Below are positions 12,601 to 27,600 of a stretch of 64,000 nucleotides of DNA, one piece after another. Source of the stretch: Mobula hypostoma (Eukaryota); assembly GCF_963921235.1 (NCBI RefSeq), contig NC_086097.1, positions 682,001 to 746,000 of the forward strand. Reading direction: 5' to 3'. Each line of letters starts with the position of its first letter. Position 1 is the stretch's first letter. Under the pieces are notes generated by a model. That model was given only the letters and a program-made list of their open reading frames with translations, did not search any database and was not told the DNA's origin. The translations under genes and the position numbers were made by a program.

Positions 12601-15600
12601 CCTGTGGATGCAGTCCGGAGACCCAGACGGTAGTTTGCCTCCCTGGTGCCAAGGTCCAGGATGTTTCTGATCGTGTCCAAGAGATCCAGAAGTGGGAGGG
12701 AGAGGAGCCAGAGGTCGTGGTACATATAGGTACCAATGACATAGGTAGAAAAAGGGAAGAAGTCCTGAAAGGAGAATATAAGAGTTAGGAAGGGAGTTGA
12801 GAAAAAGGACCGCAAAGGTAGTAATCTCGGGATTACTGACTGTGCTACGCGACAGTGAAAGTAGGAATGCAATGAGGTAAAGGATAAATGCGTGGCTGAG
12901 GGATTGGAGCAGGGGGCAGGGATTCAAGTTTTTGGATCATTGGGACCTCTTTTGGCGCAGGTGTAACCTGTACAAAAAGGATGGGTTACACTTGAATCCT
13001 AGGGGGACCAATATCCTGGCAGGGAGATTTGCGAGGGCTACTGAGGTGACTTTAAACTAGAATGGTTGGGGGGTGGGAATCAAATTAAAGAGACTAGAAG
13101 GGAGGAGGTTAGTTCACAAATAGAGAAAGCTAGCAGACAGTGTGTGAGGGAGGATAGGCAGGTGACAGAGAAGTGGAGCACTCAGACCAAAGATGTAGGG
13201 GACAAGGAAGAAAAAGATAACAAAGTTGTTTGCTCCATTAAGGATAAACAGAGAGTAAGAGGTGGAGAGTTTCTTAAATGCAATTATTTTAAAGCTAGGA
13301 GCATCGTAAGAATGGTGGATGAGCTTAGAGCATGGATTGATACCTGGAAATGTGATGTTGTAGCTATGAGTGAAACATGGTTGCAGGAGGGGTGTGATTG
13401 GCAACTAAATGTTCCAGGATTTCGTTGCATCAGGTGTGATAGAATAGGAGGGGCAAGAGGGGGAGATTTTGCATTGCTAGTCAGAGAAAATATAACAGCG
13501 GTGCTCTGGCAGCATAGATTAGTGGACTCGTCTAGGGAGGCTATTTGGGTGGAATTGAGGAATGCAAAAGGTATAGTGACGCTTAAAGGGGTGTGTTATA
13601 GACCACCTAATGGGGACCGAGAACTGGAGGAGCAAAATTGTAAGAAGATAGCAGATATTTGTAGTAAGCACAAGGTTGTGATTGTGGGAGATTTTAATTT
13701 TCCACACATAGACTGGGAAGCCCATTCTGTAAAAGGGCTGGATGGTTTGGAGATTGTCAAATGTGTGCAAGATAGTTCTTTGCAGCAATACATAAAGGTA
13801 CCAACCAGAGAAGGGGCAGCATTGGATCTCCTATTAGGGAATGAGATAGCGCAGGTGACAGAGGTATGTGTTGAGGAGCACTTCAGGTCCAGTGATCACA
13901 ATGCCATTAGTTTCAATATAATTATGGAGAAGGATAGGACTGGACCCAGGGTTGAGATTTTTGATTGGAGAAAGGCTAACTTTGAGGAGATGCCAAAGGA
14001 TTTAGAAGGAGTGGATTGGGATAATTTGTTTTATGGGAAGGATGTAATAGAGAAATGGAGGTCATTTAAAGGTGAAATTTTGAGGGTACAGGATCTTTAT
14101 GTTCCTGTTAGGTTGAAAGGAAAGGTTAAAAGTTTGAGAGAGCCATGGTTTTCAAGGGATATTGGAAACTTGGTTTGAATAAAGAGAGGGATCTACAATA
14201 AATATAGGCAGCTTGGAGTAAATGAGGTGCTTGAGGAATATAAAGATTGTAAAACGAATCTTAAGAAAGAAATTAGAAAAGCTAAAAGAAGGTATGAGGC
14301 TGCTTTGGCAAGTAAGATGAAAATAAATCCAAAGAGTTTTTACAGTTATATTAATAGCAAAAGGATAGTGAGGGATAAAATTTGTCCCTTAGAGAATCAG
14401 AGTGGACAGCTACGTGCGGAGCCAAAAGAGATGGGGGAGATTTTGAACAATTTCTTTTCTTTGGTATTCATTAAGGAGAAGGATATTGAATTGTGTAAGG
14501 TAAAGGAAACAAGGAGGGTAGTTATGGAAAGTATGATGATTAAAGAAGAGGAAGTACTGGTGCTTTTAAGGAATATAAAGTGGATATGTCTCTAGGTCCG
14601 GACAGGATATTCCTTGAGGGAAATTAGTGAGGAAATAGCAGGGGCTCTGACAGAAATATTTCAAATGTCATTAGAAACAGGGATGGTGCCGGAGGATTGG
14701 CATATTGCTCGTGGTTCCATTGTTTAAAAAGGGTTCTAAGAGTAAACCTAGCAATTATCGGCCTGTGAGTTTGACATCAGTGGTGGGTAAATTGATGGAA
14801 AGTATTCTTAGAGATGGTATATATAATTATCTGGATAGACAGGATCTGATTAGGAACAGTCAACATGGATTTGTGCATGGAAGGTCATGTTTGACAAATC
14901 TTATTGAATTTTTTAATGAAGTTACTAGGAAAGTTGACGAGGGTAAAGCGGTGGATGTTGTCTATATGGACTTCAGTAAGACCTTTGACAAGGTTCCACA
15001 CGGAAGGTTAGTTAGGAAGGTTCAATCGTTAGGCATTGATATCGAAGTAGTAAAATGGATTCAACAGTGGCTGGACGGGAGACGCCAGAGAGTAGTGGTG
15101 GATAACTGTGGGTCAGATTGGAGAACGGTGTGTAGCAGTGTGCCTTAGGGATCTGTATGGGTCCAATGTTGTTTGTCATATACATTAATGATCTGGATGA
15201 TGGGGTGGTAAATTGGATTAGTAAGTATGCAGATGATACTAAGATAGGTGGCGTTGTGGATAATGAAGTAGGTTTTCAAAGCTTGCAGAGAGATTTAGGC
15301 CAGTTAGAAGAGTGAGCTGAAAGATGGCAGATGGAGTTTAATGCTGAAAAATGTGAGGTGCTACATTTTGGTAGGACTAATCAAAATAGGACATACATGG
15401 TAAATGGTAGGGCATTGAAGAATGCAGTAGAACAGAGGGATCTAGGAAAAATTGTGCATAGTTCCTTGAAGGTGGAATCTCATGCGGACAGGGTGGTGAA
15501 GAAAGCTTTTGGTATGCTGGCCTTTGTTAATCAGAGCAGTGAATGAAGGAGTTGGGATGTAATGTTGAAATTGTATAAGGAATTGGTAAGGCCAAATTTG

Positions 15601-18600
15601 GAGTATTGTGTACAGTTCTGGTCACCAAATTATAGGAAAGTTGTCAATAAAATTGACAGAATACAGAGGAGATTTACTAAAATGTTGCCTGGGTTTCATC
15701 TCCTAAGTTACAGAGAAAGGTTGAACAAGTTAGGTCTTTATTCTTTGGAGCGTAGAAGGTTGAGGGGGGACTTGATAGAGGTGTTTAAAATTATGAGGGG
15801 GATTGATAGAGTTGACACGGATAGGCTTTTTCCATTGAGAATGGGGGAGATTCAAACAAGAGGACATGAGTTGAGAGTTAAAGGGCAAAAGTTTAGGGGT
15901 AACATGAGGGGGAACTTCTTTACTCAGAGAGTGGTAGCTGTGTGGAACAAGCTTCCAGCAGAAGTGGTTGAGGCATGTTCGATGTTGTCGTTTAAAGTTA
16001 AATTGGATAGATATATGGACAGGAAAGGAATGGAGGGTTATGGGCCGAGTGCAGGTCGGTGGGACTAGGTGAGTGTAAGAATTCGGTACGGACTAGAAGG
16101 GCCAAGATGGCCTGTTTCCGTGCTGTAATTGTTATATGGTTATATGGTTAAAGAAGAGGAAGTACTAGTGCTTTTAAAGAATATAAAAGTGGATAAGTCT
16201 CCGGGGCCGGACAGGTTATTCACTAGGACCTAGAGGGATGTTAGTGTGGAAATAGCAGTGGCTCTGACAGAAATATTTCAAATGCCATTAGAAATGGGGA
16301 TGGTGCCGAAGGATTGGCGTATTGCTCATGTTGTTCCATTGTTTAAAAACGGTTCTAAGAGTAAACCTAGCAATTATCGGCCTGTGAGTTTGATGTCAGT
16401 GGTGGGTAAATTGATGGAAAGTATTCTTAGAGATGGTATATATAATTATCTGGATAGACAGGGTCTGATTAGGAACAGTCAACATGGATTTGTGCATGGA
16501 AAGTCATGTTTGACAAATCTTATTGCATTTTTTGAAGAGGTTACTGGGAAAGTTGACGAGGGTAAAGCAGTGGATGTTGTCCATATGGACTTCAGTAAGG
16601 CGTTTGACAAGGTTCCACATGGAAGGTTCAATCGCTAGGTATTAATATTGAAGTAGTAAAATGGATTCAGCAGTGGCTGGATGGGAGACACCAGAGAGTA
16701 GTGGTGGATAACTGTTCGTCAGGTTGGAGGCCGGTGACTAGTGGTGTGCCTCAGGGATCTGTACTGGGTCCAGTGTCGTTTGTCATATACATTAATGATC
16801 TGGATGATGGGGTGGTAAATTGGATTAGTAAGTATGCAGATGATACTAAGATAGGTGGAGTTGTGGATAATGAAGTAGGTTTTCAAAGCTTGCAGAGAGA
16901 TTTAGGCCAGTTAGAAGAGTGGGCTGAAAGATGGCAGATGGAGTATAATGCTGATAAATGTGAGCTGCTACATTTTGGTAGGACTAATCAAAACAGGACA
17001 TACATGGTAAATGGTAGGACATTGAAGAATGCAGTAGAACAGAGGGATCTAGGAATAATGGTGCATAGTTCCCTAAAGGTGGAATCTCATTTGGATAGGG
17101 TGGTGAAGAAAGCTTTTGGTATGCTGGCCATTATAAATCAGAACATTGAGTATAGGAGTTGGGATGTAATGTTAAAATTGTACAAGGCATTGGTAAGGCC
17201 AAATTTGGAGTATTGTGTACAGTTCTGGTCACCAATTTATAGGAAAAATGTCAACAAAATAGACTGAGTACAGAGGAGATTTACTGGAATATTACCTGGG
17301 TTTCATCACCTAAGTTACAGAGAAAGGTTGAACAAGCTGGGTCTTTATTCTTTGGAATGTAGAAGGTTGAGGGAGGACTTGATAGAGGTATTTAAAATTA
17401 TGAGGGGGATAGATAGAGTTGACGTGGATAGGCTTTTCCATTGAGAGTGGGGGACATTCAAACAAGAGGACATGAGTTGAGAGTTAAAGGGCAAAAGTTT
17501 AGGGGTAACATGAGGGGGAACTTCCTTACTCAGAGAGTGGTAGCTGTGTGGAACGAGCTTCCAGCAGAAGTGGTTGAGGCAGGTATGATATTGTCACTTA
17601 AAGTTAAATTGGACAGCTATATGGACAGGAAAGGAATGGAGGGTTAAGGGTTGAGTGCAGGTCGGTGGGACTAGGTGAGAGTAAGCATTCAGCACGGAGT
17701 AGGGCCGAGATGGCCTGTTTCTGTGCTGTAATTGTTATATGGTTATATGTTATATTGTTATAAAATTGCTCACAATACTCGAAGTGAGGACCCATCAGTG
17801 CTGTAGAAAGTCTCAACATTACATCCTTGCTTTTATATTCTAGACCTCTTTAAATGAATTCTAACATCACATTTGCCTTCCTCACACCGACTCAACCTGC
17901 AAATTAATGTTGCACACACAAAATGCTGGCAAACTCAGCAGGCCAGACTGCATCTACGGAAAAAAGTACAGTTGAAGTTTTGGGCCAAAACCCTTTTGCA
18001 GGACTGGAGAAAAAAAGCTGAGGAGTAGATCTAAAAGGTGAAGGGAGGGGAGAGAGAACCACCAGGTGATAGGTGAAACCTGGAGCGGGATGGGTGAAGT
18101 AAAGAGCTGGGAAGTTGATTGGTGAAAGAGATAGAAGGTCATGGAAGAAAGAAAAAGGGGAAAGGAACACCAGAGGGTGGAGATGGGTGGGCAAGGAGAT
18201 AAGATGAGAGAGGGAAAAGGGGATGGGAAATGGAAGTGGGGGGGGGGATGTTGGAGGATATTACCAGAAGTTTGAGACATCAATGTTCATGCCATCAGGC
18301 TGGAGGCTACCGAAGTGGTATATAAGGTGTTGTTCCTCCGATCTAAGTGTGGCCTCATCACGACAGTGGAGGAGCCCATGGATGGACATATCAGAATGGG
18401 AATGGGAAGTGGAATTAAAATGGGTGGCCACTGGGAGACCCTGCTTGTTCTAGCAGATGGAGCATAAATGCTCGGCAAAGGCAGTTCCCCCATCCTCCAA
18501 TCACCCTACCAGCCTCCGCGTCCAGCACATAATTCTCCGATACTTCCACCATCTCCAATAGGATCCCATCACCAAGCATGTTTCCCTCCCCTCTCCCCAC

Positions 18601-21600
18601 TTTCTGCTTTCCACAGGGATCGCTGCCTACACGACTCCCTTCTCCATTCGTCTCTCCTCATTGATCTCCCTCCTGGCACTTATCCTTGCTAGTGGAACAA
18701 GTGCTACAACACCTGCCCCACACCTCTTCCCTCACTATCATCCAGGGCCCTAAACAGTCCTTCCAGGTGAGGCGACATTTCACCTGTGAGTCTGCTGGGG
18801 GTCATTTACTGTGTTGGGAGGACTGTGTTTGGTGGTCCCAGTGTGGCCTCCTGTACATCGGTGAGACCAAACGTAGATTGGATTTGCCAAGTCATACCAT
18901 CCCCTCTGCCTACCTTCCTATCCCTCCGATACCACATGTAATCTTGGACATATAGCTCTCAACTGCAACCATCTTTCAGCCATGATTCAGTGATGGCCAC
19001 AATATCAGACTTGACCTGACAATCTGTAATAGTGCAACAAGATCATCCACCTTATTTCTTATAGTCCGTGCATTGAGATATAACACTTGAGTACTGTATT
19101 TGCTACCCTTTTTGATTTTGCATCCCTAATGCACTATACTCACCCTGGTGGCTGCAATTTTGTCCTATCATCTGCCTGCCCTGACAGTCTGACTACATGC
19201 TATCTGTGTTAAGTGTATTCAGGAAGGTTTCCTGACATAATATGTAGATAAGCCTACAAGAGGAGAGGCTGTACTTGATCTGGTATTGGGAAATGAACCT
19301 GCTCAGGTGTCAAGTCTCTCAGTGGGAGAGCATTTTGGAGATAGTGATCGCAATTCTATCTCCTGGAGACAGATAGGAACAGACAAGTTAGGAGAGTGTT
19401 TAATTGGAGTAAGGGGAAAGCTATCAGGCAGGAACTTGAAAGCATAAATTGGGAACAGATGTTCTCATGGAAATGTATGGCAGAAATGTGGCAAATGTTC
19501 AGGGGATATTTGCGTGGCGTTCTGCATACGTACGTTCCAATGAGACAAGGAAAGCATGGTAGGGTACAGGAACCGTGGTGTACAAAGGCTGTCTAGTCAA
19601 GAAGAAAAGAAAGGCTTACGAGGTAATGATAGAGATCTAGAAGATTATAAGGCTAGCAGCAAGGAGCTTAAGAATGAAATTCGGAGAGCCAGAAGGGACC
19701 ATGAGAAGGCCTTGGCGAGCAAGATTAAGGAAAACCCCAAGGCATTCTACGAGTATGTGAAGAGCAAGAGGGTAAGATGTGAGAGAATAGGACCAATCAA
19801 GTGTGACAGTCAAAAGGTGTGAATGGAATCGGAGGAGATAGCAGACATACTTAATGAGTAATAATCCCCCTCCAACTTTCAAATCCCTTACTCACTCTTC
19901 CTTCAGTTAGTCCTGACGAAGGGTCTCGGCCTGAAACGTCGACTGCACCTCTTCCTACAGATGCTGCTTGGCCTGCTGCGTTCACCAGCAACTTTGATGT
20001 GTGTTGCTTGAATTTCCAGCATCTGCAGAATTCCTGTTGTTTATACTTAATGAGTTCTTTGCTTCAGTATTCACTATGGAAAAGGACCTTGGCGATTGTA
20101 GGATAACTTACAGTGGACTGAAAAGCTTGAGCATATAGACATTAGAAAGAGGATGTGCTGGAGCTTTTGAAAAGCATCCAGTTGGATAAGTCTCCGGGAC
20201 CAGATGAGATGTACCCCAGGCTACTGTGGGAGGCAATGGAACAGGTTGCTGAGAATCTGGCGATGATCTTTGCATCATCAATGGGGATGGGAGAGGTTCT
20301 GGAGAACTGGAGGGTTGCAAATGTCGTTCCCTTATTCAAGATAGCCTTGGAAATTATAGACCAGTGAGTCTTACCTCAGTGGTTCATAAGTTGATGGAAA
20401 AGATCCTGAGAAGCAGGAAAGTTTTCTAAATCAATATATAGAGAGACCAACTAGAGGGGATGCAATATTGGATCTCCTGTTAGGTAACGAATTAGGGCAA
20501 GTGACAGAAGTCTGTGTAGGGGAGCACTTTGGTTCCAGTGATCATAACACCATTAGTTTCAACTTGATCATGGACAAGGATAGATCTGGTCCTGAGGTTC
20601 TGAACTGGAAGAAGGCCAAATTTGAAGAAATGAGAAAGGATCTAAAAAGCGTGGATTGGGACAGGTTGTTCTCGGGCAAAGATGTGATTGGTAGGTGGGA
20701 AGCCTTCAATGGGGAAATTTTGAGAGTGCAGAGTTTGTATGTTCCTGTCAGGATTAAAGGCAAATTGAATAGGAATAAGGAGCCTTGGTTCTCAAGGAAT
20801 ATTGCAACTCTGATAAAGAAGAAGAGGGAGTTGTATGAAATGTATAGGAAACAGGGGGTAGATCAGGTGCTTGAGGAGTATAAGAAGTGCAAGAAAATAC
20901 TTAAGAAAGAAATCAGGAGGGCTAAAAGAAGACATGAGGTTGCCTTGGCAGTCAAGGTGAAGGATAATCCAAAGAGCTTTTACAAGTATATTAAGAGCAA
21001 AAGGATTGTAAGGGATAAAATTGGTCCTCTTGAAGATCAGAGTGGTCGGCTATGTGCGGAACCAAAGGAAATGGGGGAGATCTTTATTAGGTTTTTTGCA
21101 TCTGTATTTACTAAGGAAACTGGCATGAAGTCTATGGAGTTAAGGGAAACAAGTAGTGAGACCATGGAAACTGTACAGATTGAAAAGGAGGAGGTGCTTG
21201 CTGTCTTGAGGAAAATTAAAGTGGATAAATCCCCGGGACCTGACAGAGTGTTCCCTCGGACCTTGAAGGAGACTAGTGTTGAAATTGCAGGGGCCCTGGC
21301 AGAAATATTTAAAATGTCGCTGTCTACGGGTGAAGTGCCGGAGGATTGGAGAGTGGCTCATGTTGTTCCGTTGTTTAAAAAAGGATCGAAAAGTAATCCG
21401 GGAAATTATAGGCCGGTGAGTTTAACGTCAGTAGTAGGTAAGTTATTGGAGGGAGTACTAAGAGACAGAATCTACAAGCATTTGGATAGACAGGGGCTTA
21501 TTAGGGAGAGTCAACATGGCTTTGTGCATGGTAGGTCATGTTTGACCAATCTGTTGGAGTTTTTCGAGGAGGTTACCAGGAAAGTGGATGAAGGGAAGGC

Positions 21601-24600
21601 AGTGGATGTTGTCTACATGGACTTCAGTAAGGCCTTTGACAAGGTCCCGCATGGGAGGTTAGTTAGGAAAATTCAGTCGCTAGGTATACATGGAGAGGTG
21701 GTAAATTGGATTAGACATTGGCTCGATGGAAGAAGCCAGAGAGTGGTGGTAGAGAATTGCTTCTCTGAGTGGAGGCCTGTGACTAGTGGTGTGCCACAGG
21801 GATCAGTGCTGGGTCCATTGTTATTTATCATCTATATCAATGATCTGGATGATAATGTGGTAAATTGGATCAGCAAGTTTGCTGATGATACAAAGATTGG
21901 AGGTGTAATAGACAGTGAGGAAGGTTTTCAGAGGGACTTGGACCAGCTGGAAAAATGGGCTGAAAAATGGCAGATGGAGATTAATACTGACAAGTGTGAG
22001 GTATTGCACATTGGAAGGACAAACCAACGTAGAACATACAAGGTTAATGGTAAGGCACTGAGCAGTGCAGTGGAACAGAGGGATCTGGGAATACAGATAC
22101 AAAATTCCCTAAAAGTAGCATCACAGGTAGATAGGGTTGTAAAGAGAGCTTTTGGTACATTGGCCTTTATTAATCAAAGTACTGAGTATAAGAGCTGGAA
22201 TGTTATGATGTGGTTGTATAAGGCATTGGTGAGGCTGAATCTGGAGTATTGTGTTCAGTTTTGGTCACCAAATTACAGGAAGGATATAAATAAGGTTGAG
22301 AGAGTGCAGAGAGGGTTTACAAGGATGTTGCCGGGTCTTGAGAAACTCAGTTACAGAGAAAGGTTGAATAGGTTAGGACTTTATTCCCTGGAGCGTAGAA
22401 GAATGAGGGGAGATTTGATAGAGGTATATAAAATTATGATGGGTATAGATAGAGTGAATGCAAGCAGGCTTTTTCCACTGAGGCAAGGGGAGAAAAAAAC
22501 CAGAGGACATGGGTTAAGGGTGAGGGGGGAAAAGTTTAAAGGGAACATTAGGGGGGTCTTCTTCACACAGAGAGTGGTGGGAGTATGGAATGAGCTGCCA
22601 GGCGAGGTGGTAAATGCGGGTTCTTTTTTAACATTTAAGAATAAATTGGACAGATACATGGATGGGAGGTGTATGGAGGGATATGGTCCGTGTGCAGGTC
22701 AGTGTGATTAGGCAGAAAATGGTTCGGCACAGCCAAGAAGGGCCAAAGGGCCTGTTTCTGTGCTGTAGTTTCTATGGTTCTATGGTAAGCAGGATTTGTG
22801 AACATTTGGAGAGACATACCCTTTGTCAAAGGTAGGTCATGCCTTACAAGCCTGATTGAATTTTTTGAGGATGTGACTAAACACATTTATGAAGGTAGAG
22901 CAGTACATGTAGTGTATATGGATTTCAGCAAGGCGTTTGATAAGGTACCCCATGCAGGGCTTATTGAGAAAGTAAGGAGACATGGAATCCAAGGTGACCT
23001 TGCTTTGTGGATCCAGAATTGACTTGCTCACAGAAGGCAAAGTGTGTTTGTAGACGGATCATATTCTGCATGGAGGTCGGTTACCAGTGGTGTGTCTCAG
23101 GGATCTGTTCTGGGACCCCTTCTATTCGTAATTTTTATAAATGACCTGGATGAGGAAGTGGGGGGAAGGGTTAGTCAATTTGCTGATGACACAAAGGTTG
23201 GGGGTGTTGTGGATAGTGCGGAGGGCTGTCAGAGGTTACAGTGGGACATCAATAGGATGCAAAACTCAGCTGAGAAGTGGCAGATGGAGTTCAACCCAGA
23301 TAAGTGTGAGGTGGTTCATTTTGGTAGGTCAAATATGATGACAGAATATAATATTAATTGTAAGACTCTTGGCAGTGTGGAGTGTCCGAGTCCATAGGAC
23401 ACTGAAAGCTGCTGTGCAGGTTGACTCTGTAGTAAAGAAGGCATACGGTGCATCGGCCTTCATCAATCGTGGGATTGAGTTTAAGAGCCGAGAGGTAATG
23501 TTGCAGCTATATAGGAACCTGGTCAGACCCCACTTGGAGTACTCTGCTCAGTTCTAATCACCTCACTACAAGAAGGACGTGGAAACTATTGAAAGGGTGC
23601 AGAGGAGATTTTCAAGGATGTTGCCTGGATAGGGGAGCATGCCTTATGAGAATAGGTTGAGTGAACTCGGCATTTTCTCCTTGAAGCAGCGGAGGATGAG
23701 AGGTGACCTGATAGAGGTGTACAAGATACTGAGAGGCATTGATCGTGTGGATAGTCAGAGGCTTTCTCCCCAAGGCTGAAATGGCTAACACGAGAGGACA
23801 CAGGTTTAAGGTGCTTGGAAGTAGGTACAGAGAAGATGGCAGGGGTAAGTTTTTCACACAGAGTGGCGAGTGTGTGGAATGGGCTGCCAGCAACGGTGGT
23901 AGAGGTGGATACAATAGGGTCTTTTAAGAGACTCCTGGATAGGTACATGGAGCTTAGGAAAACAGAGGGCTATGGGTAACCTTAGGTAATTTCTAAGTAA
24001 GTACATGTTCGGTACAGCATCGTGGGCCCCAAGGGTCTGTGTTGTACTGTAGATTTTCTGTGTTTTCTATGTTCTATCTTTGCTTTTTTGACCATCTGTC
24101 CTATCCTGAGTCCCTTCATTCTGGTTCCCACCCCCCTGCCAAATTAGTTTAAACCCTCCCCAACAGCTCTAACAAACCTGCCTGCAAGAATATTGTTCCC
24201 CCTCGGGTTTCAGTGCAACCTGTCCCTTTTGTATAGGTCATACTTCCCTCAGAAGAGATCCCAATGATCCAAGAACCTGAAGCCCTTCCCCTGCACCAGC
24301 TTCTCAGCCATGCATTTATCTGCCAAATCATCTTGTTTCTACCCTCGCTAGCACATGGCACAGGTAGCAATCCAGAAATTACTATCCTGAAGGTCCTGCT
24401 CTCAACTTTCTGCCTAGCTCTCTAAATTCTCTCTTCAGGACCTCATTGCTTTTCCTTCCTATGTCATTGCTACCGATATGTACCAAGACATCTGGTCGCT
24501 CTCCCTCCCTCTCTAAATAATGTCGTAGACTACTTTCAAAATGGAGAGAAAATTCAAAAACCTGAGATCCAGAGGGACTTTGGAGTCCTTGTGCAGGATT

Positions 24601-27600
24601 CCCTGAAGGTTAGCTTGCAGGCTGACTTGGTCGTAAGGAAGGCAAATGCAACGTTTGCATTCATTTCAAGAGGGCTAGAATACAAATGCAAGTCATGCTT
24701 TGGCTTTATGATGCATAGGTCAGACTGAACTAGGAGTATTGTCAGTAGTTTCCGGCCCCACATCTAAGAAAAGATGTGCTGGCATTATTGAGAGTCGAGA
24801 GGAGGTTCATGAGAATGATCCCAGGGATGAAGCAGTTAACACATGATGAGCATTTGATGGTTCTGGGCCTGTACTCACTGGAGTTTAGAAGAATGAGGGA
24901 GGGTCTCATTCATACCCATTTAAGTATTGTAGGAAAGGCAGATGAGCTCAGGACCTGGATCAATACCTGGAATTATGATTTTGTAGCCATTAGTGAGACT
25001 CATTTGCAGGACGGGCAGGACTGTTAGCTCAATGTTCTAGTGTTCCGTTGTTTTAGATGCAACAGAGTGGAAGGGAAGTGCATAGTAGGTATAGAAAGAT
25101 AGGAACAAATGAAGTGCTTATGGAGTAAAGGACAACACTTAAGAAAGAAATCAGGAGGGCTAAAAGAAAACATAAGGTTGCCCTCGCAGACAAGATGAAG
25201 GAGAATCCTAACAGATTCTACAGATACGTTAACAGCAAAAAGAATCCAAGAAACAAAATTCTGGAAGATCAAAATGGTAATCTATGTGTGGAGCCAAAAG
25301 AGGTGGGGGAGATCTTAAATGGAATTTACTCAGGAAACATACATAGAAACTATAGAAGTGAGGCAAAGACTTCATGGACCCTGTACAGAGGAGGAGGTGT
25401 TTGCTGTCCTGACCCAAATGAGGGTGGATAAATCCCCAGGGCCTGACAAAGTGTTCCTTAGACCCTGTTGGAGGGAAGTGCAAAAATTGCTGGGGCCCTA
25501 ACAAAGTTAGTTATGTCATCCTTAGCAACAGGTGAAGTACCAGGGGATTGGAGAATAGCTAATGTTATTCCACTGTTTAAGGAAGGCTCTAAAAATAAAC
25601 CTGGAAATTATAGGCCGGTAAGCCTGACCTTAGCAAGGCATTTGACAAGGTCCCTGGGATTGAGAGGGATGAGAGCAGACTCAAACAGCAGAATGGCCTA
25701 ATTCTGCTCCTATGTCTTATGGTCTTACAGATGTTATCAAGGACAGCAGGCAAGAAGCCACCATAGCTCTAATTCAATGATGGAATTCAATATTTGTGAT
25801 GCATAAAGAAGGCAGCATGTGGTCACATTGGCTTGATTCCAACAGAAAGCCAAATATGATCACTGAGATGACTTGTAAAATGCTCCTGAGAAGGAACTAC
25901 GTGGAAATGTGATCTACCCACAGTTGACAGATTATGCGAGATAAACAACAGTGTCTTGTATTGCTAAGGACAGTAGTTCAAGCACAGAGAAACTTAAAAA
26001 ATGATCAAATAGTTATTGAAAATGCAGATAGTAATTATTATCAGAGATCATTTACTGCTTAGGAGGAAGCAATTTACCCTATTGCATTCAAATGCACGCC
26101 ACATGCAACTGTTCTTAACCGCTATTAATTCTTTCCTTTTTTTTTAAATAGCATCTGACCACTCAATCGCTCTACCAAGCAGAACAAAATCTCACTATAC
26201 AGGCATGACCTTATTTTATAATTTAGTTCTCCCCACAGCCTTCCCTTCTCCAAAGCACATGGACTCAGAAATACAGACTATTCACTTCCATAACCCCAGT
26301 ACCTCGCTCTCAACATCCCCACACACTCACTGCTCCTCCCAACGCTGACTTTTTCAAAGCCGTAGGACTCACTGGAAGTGCTTGATGATGAGACTTGCAT
26401 CTGTGATGTCTTTTGGGATTTGTGAGATCAGCAATGTCCTTGCAACCTTTGGAAGAAAAAGGCTACAGCTAGATTAGATCATAGCACTTAGAGCACTCAA
26501 ACCATGTCCCCAAACAAACACCTGCCATCCAGACCGAGAACAACTGAAAAGAGCTGCTCAAGGTGACTGCATCCTTGGACTTGATTTTAAGGGAATTACT
26601 TTACTCCTGTACAAACCTTTTGAATACTGTCCAGTGCCAATTCAAATTAACCCCATTTACCATGCACATGGTCTATAGCCCACCATTCCCTGCCTGCACT
26701 TCTGTCTGTGTAAAGACTTCTGAGTTCTGTAAAAGGGACTGCAAGTCCCACACTGGCCCTATTAACCACTTCAGAACCAGGCTAGAAGCAGTCATTCTCA
26801 ATCCTCAAGGACTGCAGGTTCCCTTCCCCAGGTGACACTGTGGTGATTGGACAGCTTCACAAACACCTACATTGACATTGAGGGAGGATTTTTAAAAATG
26901 AAAAAATTGGCTTCATCAGGCAGAGAACTGTGGAGCATATAACATTAGAATAAATGTGGAAATTAGAACATTTATCCTGGATGAAAGCCTATCCTGGAAG
27001 CACTGGCCAGAGTAGGAAGATGAGCCAAATGCTCCTTTGCAGGCTTGTGAAACTGTCAGCTCCTGCACATTAACACAATGTGTTCATTCAGTTGTAGCTC
27101 ACCTTCTCATTCTCCTTATAATCAAGCTGTAGAGAGTGATGTCCCATGCAGATCACTGTCACTATGAAGTAGAAGAGCGCAAATATACTATGTAGCCACA
27201 ACAGCCGATCACTGGAAAACAAAAACCCAGAGCTTCAGCAGCAGAAGTACGGGAGGCAGCAGAACTGATGGAGGGGGAATAAAGTAACAAAGGGAGAGGA
27301 AGGAGTGATCTGAAACTGGAAATCACGGTAACGGGTGGAGGAGGGAGTTGCAGGAAATGATTGAGGCAGTGGGCACAGAAGTGTGATAAGATCTGCCATG
27401 TCTTTGAGTCATATAATCATAGAAAAGTATAGTACAGAAATAGGTCCATCTCGTCCATGCTGAACCATTTAGACTACCTCCTCCCTGCAGTTTATTGACC
27501 TGCAACAGGACCATAGCCCTCCATTCCCCTACCATCCATGTACCTATCCAAACTTATCTTAGAAGTTAAAATTGTGCTCACATGTGCTCACATGTACCAC

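Larger units (their letters stand above)
19205..24077 (+). mobile_element. Older CR1 ORF2 remnant hosting two insertions (19860-20042, 20419-22786)
   Basis: APE-to-RT motifs are collinear once the insertions are removed; ttctatgttctat tail. Confidence 0.8.

Noticed and set aside
20468..22711. 747-aa ORF as an autonomous element
   Set aside because: It lacks ORF1, the promoter and most of the endonuclease; the open frame reflects recent insertion.
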